This document shows positions 43,567 through 56,868 of a stretch of 64,000 nt of DNA, piece by piece. A program made the position numbers and the translations under genes. This DNA comes from Octopus vulgaris (Eukaryota): assembly GCA_951406725.2 (NCBI GenBank), contig OX597840.1, positions 3,162,001-3,226,000 of the forward strand, in the 5' to 3' direction. Every line of letters starts with the position of its first letter. The first letter of the stretch is position 1. Under the pieces are notes generated by a model. The model ran no database searches. It had not been told where the DNA came from and saw only the letters and a program-made list of their open reading frames with translations.

Positions 43567-43744
43567 GTAGGTAGGTAGGTAGGTAGGTAGGTAGGTAGGT
43601 AGGTGGGTAGGTAGGTATGTATGTAGGTGGATGCACGTATGTATATATAAATACGTGTGTACGCAAATTTATGTATACGTAATATACATATATATATACA
43701 CGTATGTAGGTGGTCTGTGTGTTTGTGTGAATGTGTGTTTGTGT

Positions 43745-43809
<65 letters not shown>

Positions 43810-44141
43810 TGTGTTAGTGTCTTAAAATCAAATTTATTTGCATTCTCCTATATTAATTGTTTTATGCTATTTCATAGTAATTACTTTACCGGAATTATTT
43901 TGGCTTCTTTGATTTCTCAATAAATATATATATAACCTCTCTCTCTCTATCTCTATCTTTCTGTCCCTCTAACTATCTCTTTCTCACCCGCTCTGTCTCT
44001 GTCTCTGTCTCTCTCCGTCTCTCTCTTTCTCTCTTTCTATCAATTTCTGTTTTTGTCCATCTCTCTCAATCACACTTTCTCTCGCACATTTTCTCTCTCC
44101 CTCTGTTCATCCATCCATTTCTCTTTTTCTCTATCTATCTA

Positions 44142-44196
<55 letters not shown>

Positions 44197-44449
44197 TCAT
44201 ATATCAGCCTGTCTGTCAGTCCCTTTCTCTCTCACACTCTCACACAAGTTCTCTCTCTCTCTTTCCCCCCTCTCTCTCTCTCTCTCGTTATATAGAAATA
44301 GATAGACTTATCTATCTATCTGCCTGTTCTTTTCTCTCTCACACACTCACACACCTCCTCTTTCTCTCTCTCCCTCTCTCTCTATCTATTCATCTTCCTC
44401 TTTCTGTCTCTCTCTCTCTCATGGACTCCTTCTCTTACACTTTCTCTCT

Positions 44450-44591
44450 CTTTATCTCTCTTTCTCTCGCAATCAAGATTCCAGCATTCCTACCAATATT
44501 CTCCATCTTCTGCTTTCTCTTTCTCTTTTTCTTTTAGCTTTCTTTTGATTCTTCAAATTTTTCTTCGCTAGCTTCTTCTTCATCATCATCG

Positions 44592-44638
<47 letters not shown>

Positions 44639-45833
44639 TTCTTCTTCTTCTTCTTCTTCTCTTCTTCTTCTTCTTCTTCATCTTCTTCATCTTCTACTTC
44701 TCTTCCTTCTTGTTCATCTTATTTTTTCTGCTTATCACCTTCTACTTCTTCCATTTTTCTTCCTTTTCTCCCCTTTTCCTCCACCTCCTCCCCACCGCCT
44801 CCATCCTCCTCCTTCTTCCTCTTCTTATTCTCTTCTTCCTTTCTTCTCCTTAATCTCTTACCCCTCCTCCTTGTCTTCTTCTTGTTCCTCTTACTCCCCC
44901 TCTTCTTTTAATTCTACTTCTCTTCTTTCATCTCATTCTCTTCCTATTTCTTCTTTCCCTCCTCTCCTTCTTCTTCTTCTTCTTCTTCTTCTTCTTCTTC
45001 TTCCTCTCTTTCTTTCTTCTTCTTCTTCTTCTCCTTCTTCTTGTTTGTCTTCTTCTTCTTCTTCTTCTTCTTCTTCGTCGTCTTCTCCTCCTCCTTCTTC
45101 TTCTTCTTCTTCTTCTTCTCCTTTTTTCTTCTTCTTCATCTTCTTCTTCTTCTTCTTCTTCTTTTTCTTCTTCTTCTTCTTCTTCTTCTTCTTCTTTTTC
45201 CAACCTCATACCCCGTACTACTACTACTGCTACTACTAGAATCGTTAGCACAGCCGGACAAAATGCTTAACGCCATTTCGTCCGTCTTTCTTTTCTGAGT
45301 TCAAATTCTCTGCCGAGTTTCTTTCTTACGGCTATTTGCATTCCGAGTTCGAATCCCACCGATATCGTCTTTACTTTTTTTCCCCCCTCCGCCATCGATG
45401 AAAATAAAGTATCAGCCAAGTAGAAAAAGTCAGGAAGTCGATAGCATGTGCTACTCCCCCGCCCCTCAAAATCTACTGGCCCTGTGCCGAAATTTGAAAT
45501 CATTATTATTACTGTTGTTGGGGCAGTGAGCTGGCAGAACAGTTAGCACAGCCGGACAAAACGCTTAGCGACATTTCGTCCGTCTTTAGTTTCTGTGTTC
45601 GAATTCTGCCGAGGTCGACTTTGCCTTTCATCCTTTCGGAATCGATAAAATAAGTACCAGTTGCATACTGCGGGTTCAATGTAATTGACAAAACCCCTCC
45701 CTTAAATGTTCAAACCTTGTACCTTTAACAGAAAAGTTATTGTGGCTGTTGCTGCTGCTGTTATTCTTCTTCACTTGCTACACATTCTCATCCTATTACC
45801 TTTCTTTATTTCTTCTTCTTCTTCTTCTTCTTC

Positions 45834-45869
<36 letters not shown>

Positions 45870-46360
45870 TTCTTCTTCTTCTTCTTCTTCTTCTTCTTCT
45901 TCTTCTTCTTCTTCTTCTTCTTCTTCTTCTTCTTCTTCTTCGTCGTCGTCGTCGTCGTCGTTGTCGTTGCAGACGTCACCGACGTTGTCGACGTAATCAT
46001 CATCATCATCATCATCTTTCTTTTGCTTCTGCACTTTCTCCTCCTCTTCATCATCATCATTATCATCATTATCATCGTCATCATCACTGTCTTCTTCGGC
46101 AACAACTTCTTCTTTTTCTTCTTCTTCTTCTTCTTCTTCTTCTTCTTCTTCTTCTTCTTCTTCTTCTTCTTCTCCTTCTTCTTCTTCTTCTTCGTCAACG
46201 TCGTCGTTGTCTTCGTCATTGTTATCTCTATTTTCCTCCCCATCCTATTCCCCCATCCTCCACCTCTTCTCCTCCGCCTCCTCCTCCTAATCATCATCAT
46301 CATTACCATCTTCTTGTCCTCTTTTTTGTCCTCCTCATCCTCCTACCCCATCTCTTTCTT
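44450..46360. repeat. (CTT)n/(CAT)n/(CCT)n pyrimidine-rich region containing two SINE-B copies (~45237-45500, ~45520-45740)
   Basis: Directly visible. Confidence 0.9.
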
Positions 46361-46560
46361 GTCTCTTCAAGTTACTCAGCAATTTCCTTTAACAGGTTTT
46401 TTTTTTATTCTGGAGTATTTCACGATCACGCCCATCCCAGCCTGAAAATTTTCTCAGTGATTGCAAGATATCCACTCATGTACACACATCCACCCTCAAG
46501 ACAACTCCACACACTTTAAGCACACACACACACACTCTTAAATTTTCATTTACCTGCCCT

Positions 46561-46790
46561 TTACTCATTACTCTCTTTTACTCTTTTACTTGTTTCAGTC
46601 ATTTGACTGCGGCCATGCTGGAGCACCGCCTTTAATCGAGCAACTCGACCCCGGGACTTATTCTTTTGTAAGCCCAGTACTTATTCTATCGGTCTCTTTT
46701 GCCGAACCGCTAAGTAACGGGGACATAAACACACCAGCATCGGTTGTCAAGCAATGCTAGGGGACAAACACAGACACACAAACACACACA

Positions 46791-46835
<45 letters not shown>

Positions 46836-46997
46836 GACGGGCTTCTTTCAGTTTCCGTCTACCAAATCCACTCACAAGGCTTTGGTCTGCCCAAGGCTAT
46901 AGTAGAAGAAACTTGCCCAAGGTGCCACGCAGTGGGACTGAACCCGGAACCATGTGGTTGGTAAACAAGCTACTTACCACACAGCCAATCCTGCGCC
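46561..46997 (-). mobile_element. SINE-A, full length
   Basis: Reverse complement of SINE-A. Confidence 0.9.
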
Positions 46998-48068
46998 ACT
47001 CCCTCCAAACTTTTTCATTAAATACCTGCACCCCGACTCTCCAAACTCCCGCCGTCACCTTGAAATCACCGAGACGCACCCTTTTGTAAATACAAACACA
47101 CACACTCACACACAAACACACACACGCACACAAACACATATATATACACACACACATGATGAGAACGACGGGCTATCACCAACAGTAAATGCATATATCT
47201 GCTAGAAAGTGCAACCAAATTGTCCTCAAACCACAACCTAAATTTACAAGAACTAAAGATAAATATATTGAATGATGTGGCTGCAGCTACTTATTTAGTG
47301 TAAACAGATGTGATGGTCACGGATGGAATACCTTTGGGAATTATATATTCTAATATACCAGCAGTTGGCCTAGGGTTAAACAGTACCCCGCCTCAACAAA
47401 GAAGCTCAATTACTTGCGGTGAAACGCCACCTTACGTTAATTTGCAGACAAAAATGTTATTTGGCCACATAGGTGAATCCGAACACACCGTATTCGGTGA
47501 CGTAATACTGGTTATCATAACGAATAATAAACACTTTTATGCAGCGAGATTTTGTATTGATGTTTTTGCTTCTTTGCTTTAAAGTGTATTTGTTTTTACT
47601 TGCATCCGCCATTAGACTGTAACCAAGCTGGAGCACAGTATTACATGTCATGTTGTGGAGTGATTTTTTAATTTTTTTTATTCTACAATACAACACTAGG
47701 CTCCGGTGAACAATAGTAATGTTTAGCTTCGGCAGAAAGTTATACAAATGATTTAAACAATGGACTCTGTTTTATGTTACATGGTAGGAAAGAACTGAAT
47801 TGTTAGACGTTTCGGAAAATATCATTTTGTCAGTGGGATAATACGAACTAGTGTAGAAGTGTGTAAATAAACTGGAATGAATTCCTGGTTTCACATTGAT
47901 TAATGGTGGTGGTGGTGGTAGTAGTAGTGGTGGTGATTATTGGGATGGTGGTGGTTGTAGTGATAGTGGTGGTGGTGGTGGTAGTGGTGGTGATGGTTGT
48001 GGTTACGGTGGCGGTGGTATTGGTGGTGATACTGTTGCTGTGGTATCGGATTTTGCAGGTTTCTTATT

Positions 48069-48114
<46 letters not shown>

Positions 48115-49158
48115 GATGGTTACAGTTGCATCTCTAAGACAGGATGGTTACGGTTGGAACATCATCATACCACTTACATTTCCCCATCGACTCTCTACGC
48201 CTCAACCACATTCCCCTTCTGAGTTCAACCGATGTAGGTTATTCTTCGCCTCCAACGCGCAGACCACAAAACTTACCAAGTTCTATATAAGAACCGGAAT
48301 GGTCGTGGGGCAAAGAAACTCGCTTTGAAGCGACCTATTTGCGGGTCAGTCGTGCTGCACGACACTCTCTTCTGCTATAACTGACCAACAACTTGTGAGG
48401 GAGTTTCGTTGACGAAAACTGTGTGGAAGACTGTTGTATATGTATACGTGTTTATATGTGTGTGTGTGTATTTGTGTGTGTACTTGTAAGAGTGAAGGCG
48501 CGTGACTTAGTGGTTAGGGTATTCAGTTCACGATCGCAAGGTCGTGAGTTCAATTCCCAGCGAAGTTTTGTGTCCTTGAGCAAGGCTCTTTATTTCACAT
48601 TGCGGGATCGACTTTGCCTTTCATCGTCGGGAATCGATAAGCTAAGCCCCTGCTGAGAACTGGTGCCGATCTAATCGACATTTGCCCTATCCTGAAATTT
48701 CTGGCATTATGCCAAAAGTTGAAACCATTATTATAGTTGTTGTCGATAAATTAAGTACCACCGAAACAGTGGGGTTGATGTAATCGATTATCCCCGTCCG
48801 CCAAATTTCAAGTCTTGTGCCTATAGTAAAAATGATTGTTGTTGTTGTTGTTGTTAAGGCGGTGAGCTGGTAGAATCGTTAGCGCACCAGTCAAAATGCT
48901 TGGTAGCAATTCTTCGCTCTTTACAATCTGAGTTCAAATTCCACCGACGTCGATTTCGCTATTCATAGTTTCGAGGTCGATAAAATAATTATCAGCTGAG
49001 CTCTGCGATCGAAGTAATTGACTCCCGCCCCTCTCCTTCATAGACTGCTGCTTTTGTGCCAAAATTACCAAGAGTTATTACCAAAGCAGCTTGAAGTATT
49101 CGTCGTCGTAGCTGTATTCGTAGCAGAAATCATAGAGCTGTCGATTAAGTCCCTAGAG

Positions 49159-49377
49159 CAGTGCTTTTCAAACTTTTTGCTGGAGCGGAATCCCACGGAA
49201 ACATTCCACTGGGTGGAGGAACCCCTGTGCAATAATTTAATAGTCTTATGCACACATATCTGCACAGGAGACTTAAAAATTACTGCCGATTTTAGCAGTT
49301 TTGCAACTTCTTGCGGAACCCCATGACTGTACTGGCGGAACCCTAAGGTTCCGCGGAACCCTTGTTGAAAACCACTG
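49159..49377. mobile_element. Non-autonomous hAT (Charlie-type) MITE
   Basis: TIRs CAGTGCTTTTCAA / TTGAAAACCACTG, perfect 8-bp TSD CCCTAGAG (49151-49158, 49378-49385), subterminal GGAACCC repeats. Confidence 0.9.
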
Positions 49378-49649
49378 CCCTAGAGAGAGAGAGAGCAACG
49401 CCTTGTTTCCTTCACCAAACCACCTCATTTCAGACTGGTGCTGCGACCCTTCCCGTCACCTGTCCTGTCCTAAAATTCTCCGAAGGATCAAGCTTTTTTC
49501 TTTTTCTTTTTGTTTTGCACGTAACCATAAGTTTTCCAATAAGATTTGTGATTAAATTAATGAGTAAGGTTAATATTCCTAATCAATTTGCCATTTTCGA
49601 GATTTGAGGGTGTGGTACGGTCATTTTTCGACAATAATTGCTTTCAATA

Positions 49650-49957
49650 GGCGTAGGAGTGGCTGTGTGGTAAGTAGTTTGTTTACGAACAACATGGTTC
49701 CGGGTTCAGTCCCACTGCGTGGCACCTTAGGCAAGTGTCTTCTACTATAGCCAAGGGCCGAGTAAACCCTTGTGAGTGGATTTGGGAGACGGAAACTGAA
49801 AGAAGCCCGTCATATATATGTATATATATGTATGCGTGTGTATATGTTTGTGTGTCTGTGTTTGTACCCCCAACATCGCTTGACAACCGATGCTGGTGTG
49901 TTTACACCCCGTAACTTATCGGTTTGGCAAAAGAGACCCACAGAATAAATACTAGTC
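49650..49957 (+). mobile_element. SINE-A, 3' part missing
   Basis: Head and body match SINE-A; stops at AATAAATACTAGTCTT. Confidence 0.85.
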
Positions 49958-50567
49958 TTCCAAAGAGTAAGTATCTTTGTTGGAAACCGGCTTCCTCCTC
50001 AGTGGAAGATTTATATAATTAAAAAATAGAAGAGACATACATACATACATACATACATACATACATACATACATACATACATACATACATACATACAAAC
50101 ATACATACATACATACATACATACATACATACATACATACATACATACATACATACATTCCAAAGGTGAATTTGTCTGTTAACTACATCCCAAAGATGGA
50201 GCCCTGTATCTTTGTTGGAAACCGGCTCCATCCTCAGTGGAAAATTTATAATAATTAAAAAATAGATGAGTCATAGATACACACACAACTGCATGCATAC
50301 ATGATGATGGCCGTCCACTCGTGACCGAGGAAGACTATTGCCGACCTTCAGGAACATTCTGCGCTCTAAGACTAACTTATATTATATGTTATATACACAC
50401 ACAAACATACAAACACAGACACACATACACATATATTCCCGTATTAATTATAACAACACAAACACGAGTATGTTTACTCACAATTGCAAACATACACATG
50501 CACACACAAGCACACAAACACACAAACAGACACACGCATGCAAATACATACGTACATACATACACAG

Positions 50568-50980
50568 GCGCAGGAGTGGCTGTGTGGTAAGTAGCTTGTT
50601 TAACAACCACATGGTTCCGGGTTCAGTCTCACTGCGTGGCACCTCGGGCAAGTGTCTTCTACTATAGCCTCGGGCCGACTAAAGCCTTGTGAGTGGATTT
50701 GGTAGACGGAAACTGAAAGAAGCCCGTCGTATATATGTATATATGTATGTGTGAGTATATGTTTGTGTGTCTGTGTCTGTCCCGCTAGCATTGCTTGACA
50801 ACCGATGCTGATGTGTTTATGTCCCCGTTACTTAGCGGTTCGGCAAAAGAGACCGATAGAATAAGTACTGGGCTTACAAAAGAATTAGTCCCGGGGTCGA
50901 GTTGCTCGATTAAAGACGGTGCTCCAGCATGACCGCAGTCAAATGACTGAAACAAGTAAAAGAGTAAAAGAGTAAAGAGT
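50568..50980 (+). mobile_element. SINE-A, full length
   Basis: Matches SINE-A including (GTAAAAGA)n tail. Confidence 0.9.
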
Positions 50981-51020
50981 AACACAGTCACAAACAAAAG
51001 CAAGCATGCGTACACAAGTA

Positions 51021-51245
51021 TTAAGTTAAGTTAATTTTTGGGGTCAAAAAGCAAGACGCAAGGCCATGTAGGGGGGACATGGAGCTATGTACAGGGAGGG
51101 GGTTCATGCAAAGAGTTCAAGCCATTTCTAGTCAAGAGAGACTTTGAACCGAACCGTAGTCGGCATCTTTACTATCTCGTCCGGCAGCTTATTCCACGGA
51201 TCCGCAACCCGGACGGACAAAGCCCCTCTCCTTCGATTGAGATGA
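51021..51245 (-). mobile_element. 3' end of a CR1/L2-group LINE
   Basis: HLNRRRGALSVRVADPWNKLPDEIVKMPTTVRFKVSLD matches the CR1-type ORF2 C-terminal RVxxxWNxLP...FKxxLD motif; (TTAAC)n tail. Confidence 0.8.
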
Positions 51246-51641
51246 CACACACACACACACACACGAACCCAAACACATTTAATGCAGTAGTTTCTAATTT
51301 GTGGAGTGTTTGGCTGGTGTTTCTCCTTGTTTGGTCCATCACTTAGGGGTGTCACCACACGCTGTTCGTCGGGTGTCATGCCGTTACACCGATTAACAGG
51401 GCGAGGATGGATCTTAAAAGAGAATGTATTATGTGTGTGTGTGCGAGCGTACATACGTTTGTGTGTGTGTGTATCTCTGCTACGTGTGTACATGCCTGTA
51501 TGTATGTGTGTTTGCATACATGTCCGTATGTGTAGGAGGGTGATTAAGTATTTATGGTTGTGTGTAAGTGGGGGCCTGTATGGGTGTGAATGTGTTGTAT
51601 ATCCGCATTCATGTGGGTATGTGTGCTTGTGTGTGTGGTGG

Positions 51642-51711
<70 letters not shown>

Positions 51712-51802
51712 TATGTATATATGTATAATTATATATCTTGTTCTCTTGATAGATCGTTAGCTCCTACACGCATTTTTTTCTCTCCTTGTTTTTTTCTGTG
51801 TA

Positions 51803-51840
51803 TCTTTCTGTCGAAGAGCGTAGGCTCGAAACGTAAAAGA
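51803..51840 (+). ncRNA. Penelope-type minimal hammerhead ribozyme motif (variant core)
   Basis: TCTTT-CTGTCGA-A-GAGC-GTAG-GCTC-GAAAC-GTA-AAAGA: stem I 5 bp, stem II 4 bp, minimal stem III; core has U instead of A6. Confidence 0.55.
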
Positions 51841-52332
51841 CTTGTTCTATTTCTATTCCTGAGCGCCATACTAATACATTTGTTTGTTTGTACTCCACCT
51901 GCCTTTGCCGACGGAAAATTGCGGTTTCAATTCCCAGACCGGCAGGGGGTATTGGTGACCCCTGTTGTACTCTTTCGCCACAACTTTCTCTCAATCTCTC
52001 TTCCTGTTTCTTGAATAACACTGCGACGGGCTGGCATCCCGTCCAGCTGGGGTGGGGGGAGGCACACGCCACAGAAACCGGAAAAACGGGCCTAGCTAGG
52101 CTTGAAAAGGGCGACGTTCATCGTTTTATACGTAAATGTGTATCTTCGATGTGTCAGAATGTCTGAACGTATTTGCACGGATGTTTATAAATATCTGTAT
52201 GTATATATATGTATAATGTGAGAGCATCAATGTGTATATTTACATGTCTCAATGAGTGTATATGTATGCAAGGATATACGGATGCATATGGGAATATGCG
52301 TATGTATGTCTATTCGTATGTATGAATGTGTG

Positions 52333-52383
<51 letters not shown>

Positions 52384-52385
<2 letters not shown>

Positions 52386-52759
52386 AGGCGCAATGGCCCA
52401 GTGGTTAGGGCAGCGGACTCGCGGTCGTAGGATAGCAATTTCGATTCCCAGAGTTATGAGTGTTTATTGAGCGAAAACACCTAAAGCTCCACGAGACTCC
52501 AGCGTGGGGTGCTGGTGGCGAACGCTGCAATATTCTTTCACCACAACTTTCTCTCATTCTTTCTTCCTGTTTCTGTTGTACCTGTATTACAAAGGGCCAG
52601 CCTTGTCAAACTCTGTGTCACGGTGAATCTCCCCAAGAACTATGTTAAGGGTACACGTGTCTGTGGAATGCTCAGCCTCTTGCACATTAATTTCATGAGC
52701 AGGCTGTTCTGTTGATCGAATCAAATGGAACTCTCGTTGCCGTAACCGACGGAATACCA

Positions 52760-52762
<3 letters not shown>
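52384..52762 (+). mobile_element. SINE-D head with an alternative 3' module
   Basis: Same head as 41490 and 42330; diverges after CTTTCTTCCTGTTTC. Confidence 0.8.
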
Positions 52763-52825
<63 letters not shown>

Positions 52826-53049
52826 CTCAAAGGAATTCCAACACTTTTTTTTTGTTTTAATTATATTCTTATAATATTAATGTATGATATAGAATATATA
52901 GTATATATTGTATATATAGTAAAATGAAATGAAGTATTGATTGTCTTATTGAATAGATGAAATATTGAATATAAAATATTAAGTGACTAGTGTACTTTCT
53001 TGCATTTGAGCAGTCTTCAAGGTCCCAGGTTGTGACAGGAATATTTCAA

Positions 53050-53116
<67 letters not shown>

Positions 53117-53409
53117 TATATATACATACGTACGTACACCTGAGCATGTCCGGTTTGAATAGGAAATCTAAGAAATATTTGGCTAAGACTAAGGAGGCGA
53201 TCTGGCAGAATTGTTAGCGCAGCCGACAAAAGACTTAGTGACATTCCTTCGTCTTCTTGTTCTGAGGTCAAATTCTTCCGAAATCGACTTTTTATTTCTA
53301 TCTCTTCGGATAAAAGTACCAGTTTAATACTGAGGTCCATGTAATTGACTAACCCTCTTGTTCTTAATTTCTCGCCTAGTGGCAAAATTGGTAAGATTTC
53401 TTTACAGTA

Positions 53410-53653
53410 ATTGCCCTCTTTTTCTTTGTCTCTCTCTCTTTCGAATTCTTTCATTTGTCTTTTCTCTCCATCCATCTTTGTCGTATGAATTTCTCATCCC
53501 TCTTTCTCTTTCTCCAGTATCGCTCCTCCCTCTCTCTCACTCTCTCTCACTCTGTGTGTGTGTGTCTCTGTCTCTCACACTCTCTCTCTCACCGATATTG
53601 TTTTTCTTCTTTCCAACATTGTTTCTCTCTCGTTTTCTCTCCTCTGTGCATTC

Positions 53654-53711
<58 letters not shown>

Positions 53712-54095
53712 ATATCGTTTTGTCTCCCTCTCTTCTAGTTCCTCTCTTTCTCTTTCCATTATTTCTCTCTCTTCATCCGATGTTTTTCCTGTCCCTCTCT
53801 CTCACTCTCTTCCTTTCTGTCTCTCTACTTTATCTTGTCTCACTATCCTCTCTCACTCTCTCCCACTCTCCCACTCTCTCTCTCTTTCTCTCTTTCTCTC
53901 CAATATCATTTTGTCTCCCTCTTCTTGTTCCTCCAACATTGTTACTTTCTCTTTCTCTTTCTCTCTTTCCATTATTTCTCTCCCTTCAATGGTGATCATC
54001 TCTCTCTCTTCATCCGATGTTATTTCTGTCTGTCTGTCTGTCTCTCTCTCTTTCTGTCTCTCTTCTCTTTATCTTGTCTCACTATCCTCTCTCAA

Positions 54096-54142
<47 letters not shown>

Positions 54143-54530
54143 TCTTTATCTTGTCTCACTATCCTCTCTCGCTCTCACTCTCTCATTCTCTCTCCCTCGC
54201 TTTCTCTCCAATCATTTTCTTCTTTCTCTTCACTTTTCTCTCTTTCCTTCGCTGTCTTCTTTCTCTTTCTCCTTCTCCTTCTCTCCTCCTGTTTCTTACT
54301 TTTCCTTCAATTCTTTTCTCTCCTCTCACTCACTCACACTTTCTCTCATTCCTCCTCTCCCCCCCTCTCTCTCTCTGTTCTCCCCAATCATTTCCTTTCC
54401 TCTTTTCTTCTTTTCTCTCTATCCTTCGTTGTCTTGCTTCTCTCTCGTCCCCTCTCTCCCCATATCTCCCACCTTTCCTCCCTCCCTCTCTCTCGTTCTC
54501 TCTCTTCAATATTCTGCTTATATCTTAAGA
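53410..54530. repeat. ~1.1-kb CT-rich polypyrimidine tract with internal duplications
   Basis: CTTTATCTTGTCTCACTATCCTCTC x3; TCTCTCTTCATCCGATGTT x2. Confidence 0.85.
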
Positions 54531-54883
54531 CCAGGTCGCTATGTCCTTCATCTCACTTCCCTCTGTGTGCATGTGTATGTGTGTGCTTGTGTGTAAGAGT
54601 GTGTGCGAGTATATATATGTACGTAAATATGTATGTGTTTATGCTCTTATGTGTATATGTGTGTGCGCAATTCCGCATATTTGTATAAGCGTGGCTGTGT
54701 GGTAAGCAGCCTGCTTCCCAACCGCATGGTTTGGGGCTCAGCCGTAATGCTTGGCGCCCTGGGCGACTATCTTCGGCTAAAACCTCAGGCCGACCAAAAC
54801 CTTGTGAGTGGACTTGGTAAACGGAAACTGAAAGAAACACGTCGTATACATACACACACACACACATACACACACACACACAC

Positions 54884-54968
<85 letters not shown>

Positions 54969-55868
54969 TGTATGTATGTATGTGTGACAGTGTAAAGCTA
55001 GCGATTAAGTGTGTCAACACGTAGCCTCATGATTAGGCTGTTAAAGTCGTAATGGTAAAGTCGAGTTTCGATTCCCAGAGCGGGCGATGTGTTGTGTCCT
55101 TCGGCAAGGCACTCAATCCTCCTTCAATTTCCAGCTATCGCTGCGTGTCCCGTCGTCGATCATCAAGCATCAAATCAAACAAATACAAAAAATCTCACCG
55201 GCCCTTGTTTGCCGGATGAATTGCAAATCTAAGTGTATCTCTCTATGCGCGTAAGAATGTATGCACGTGGATATATGATGCAGTGTGAACGTATATGTGT
55301 GTGTAAGATTATTTGTACGTCCATATGTGCCTATGTATGATAATGTTTTGCTCTTTATGTATGCGTTTAAGGATGAGTGTAGGCGTGCTTGTACGTTTGT
55401 ATGCCTTAAATTCTGTATTGTCATCTCTTTCTCGATTTAATTTAGAGTAAATTTTCATCGACCACCGACTTGGGTAGCAAGGGTGTGGAGGAAAGTATCT
55501 TGTTTTATAATCCCGGATACTGCGATCATACGTATGTATGTATGTATGTATGTATGTATGTATGTATGTATGTATGTATGTATGTATGTATGGATGGATG
55601 GATGTATGTATGGATGGATGGATGGATGGATGGATGGATGGATGGATGTGTGTGTATGTATGTATGTATGTATGTATGTATGTATGTATGTATGTGTATG
55701 TATGTATGTATGTATGTATGGATGGATGGATGTAAGTATGTATGTATGCCTGCCTGAATCAAGTGTCAACCGTTGGTTGTGAACAAACACAGAAACAAGG
55801 ACACAGAAACACACACACACAAGCATATATATGTATATATATATATATATATATATGACGGGCTTCTT

Positions 55869-56190
55869 ACAGTGGAACTGAAAAAATTTGTAAAGTTTTC
55901 CAGACGTTTATCATATAAATATATGAGAATGTCTAGAGATGCAAATTTGCACCTATACATTCATACATACTAACATACATACATACACACATGCATACAT
56001 ACATACATACTTACATACATACATACATACATACACACATACATACATACATACATACATACATACACACATACATACATAAATACCATTTTGATGGTGT
56101 TGAAATTTCAATGAAGAGCCTTGGATTTACGTAATGAACCGGCTATTTCTCTAGTGGCAACAAAACTTGAAATAAAACGGAATAATGACT
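55869..56190 (+). mobile_element. Second 3' end of the RLE-type (R4/Dong-like) LINE
   Basis: GTEKICKVFQTFII* matches GTVKIYKTFQKII* at ~4290-4330; shared 3' UTR (GTTGAAATT..AACCGGCTATTT..CTTGAAATAAA..GAATAATGAC) with (CATA)n. Confidence 0.75.
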
Positions 56191-56717
56191 TACAAATGAG
56201 AACAGCGCTTCAAAAATCAAAGGAAGGAATTAGAGCACTTGAGTTTGTTATTGAAAGTCTTTCTGACAATCTGGATAAGTTAGAGACTTCAGGGAAAAAA
56301 AATAACAAACCAGCAAACGCGCGTTAAATATATATAACTTGTAAGCGGAACAGTAAAATTATGCAAGACATTTGCCAAGCTCGGCAGATGACATTGTTTT
56401 TGTCATCGTCGTTGTTTTGTCAACGACGGTGCTTTGTATGTTTATAAGAAATCAGCCTCTTCCTTAAAGGAACACTTCAAATAATTAAAGCTAGATGAGA
56501 ATATGATTATGTATTATATATGTAAGTATGTATATACATATATAATACAAAGTGAGATAGGGGTTATGAGTGTTACCCACTATGGGATATCATTTATCCA
56601 ATATACTGCCAGTGAAGTACCTAAAAGGCTAATACATAAATGCTTACAATTGCAATACAATTATTTCATTTATTGTATTATATGGGTGAAGGTAAAATGT
56701 TTTACCTCAAATTCATA

Positions 56718-56843
56718 ATACAAAATAAGAAAATGGAGTAATAAATTCCTTTCAATCATCAACTTACAGATAATACCAATTCTGGTATTATCTATAAGTT
56801 GATGATTGAAAGGAATCTATTCCTCCATTTTCTTATTTTGTAT
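56718..56843. mobile_element. ~125-bp near-perfect palindrome (fold-back MITE-like)
   Basis: ATACAAAATAAGAAAATGGAG..GATAATACCA-ATTC-TGGTATTATC..CTCCATTTTCTTATTTTGTAT. Confidence 0.75.
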
Positions 56844-56868
56844 ATACATATATATATATATTTAAATA

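Noticed and set aside
56121-56327. 68-aa ORF with coiled-coil appearance
   Set aside because: Overlaps a LINE 3' UTR, has no clear splice sites and no recognisable family.
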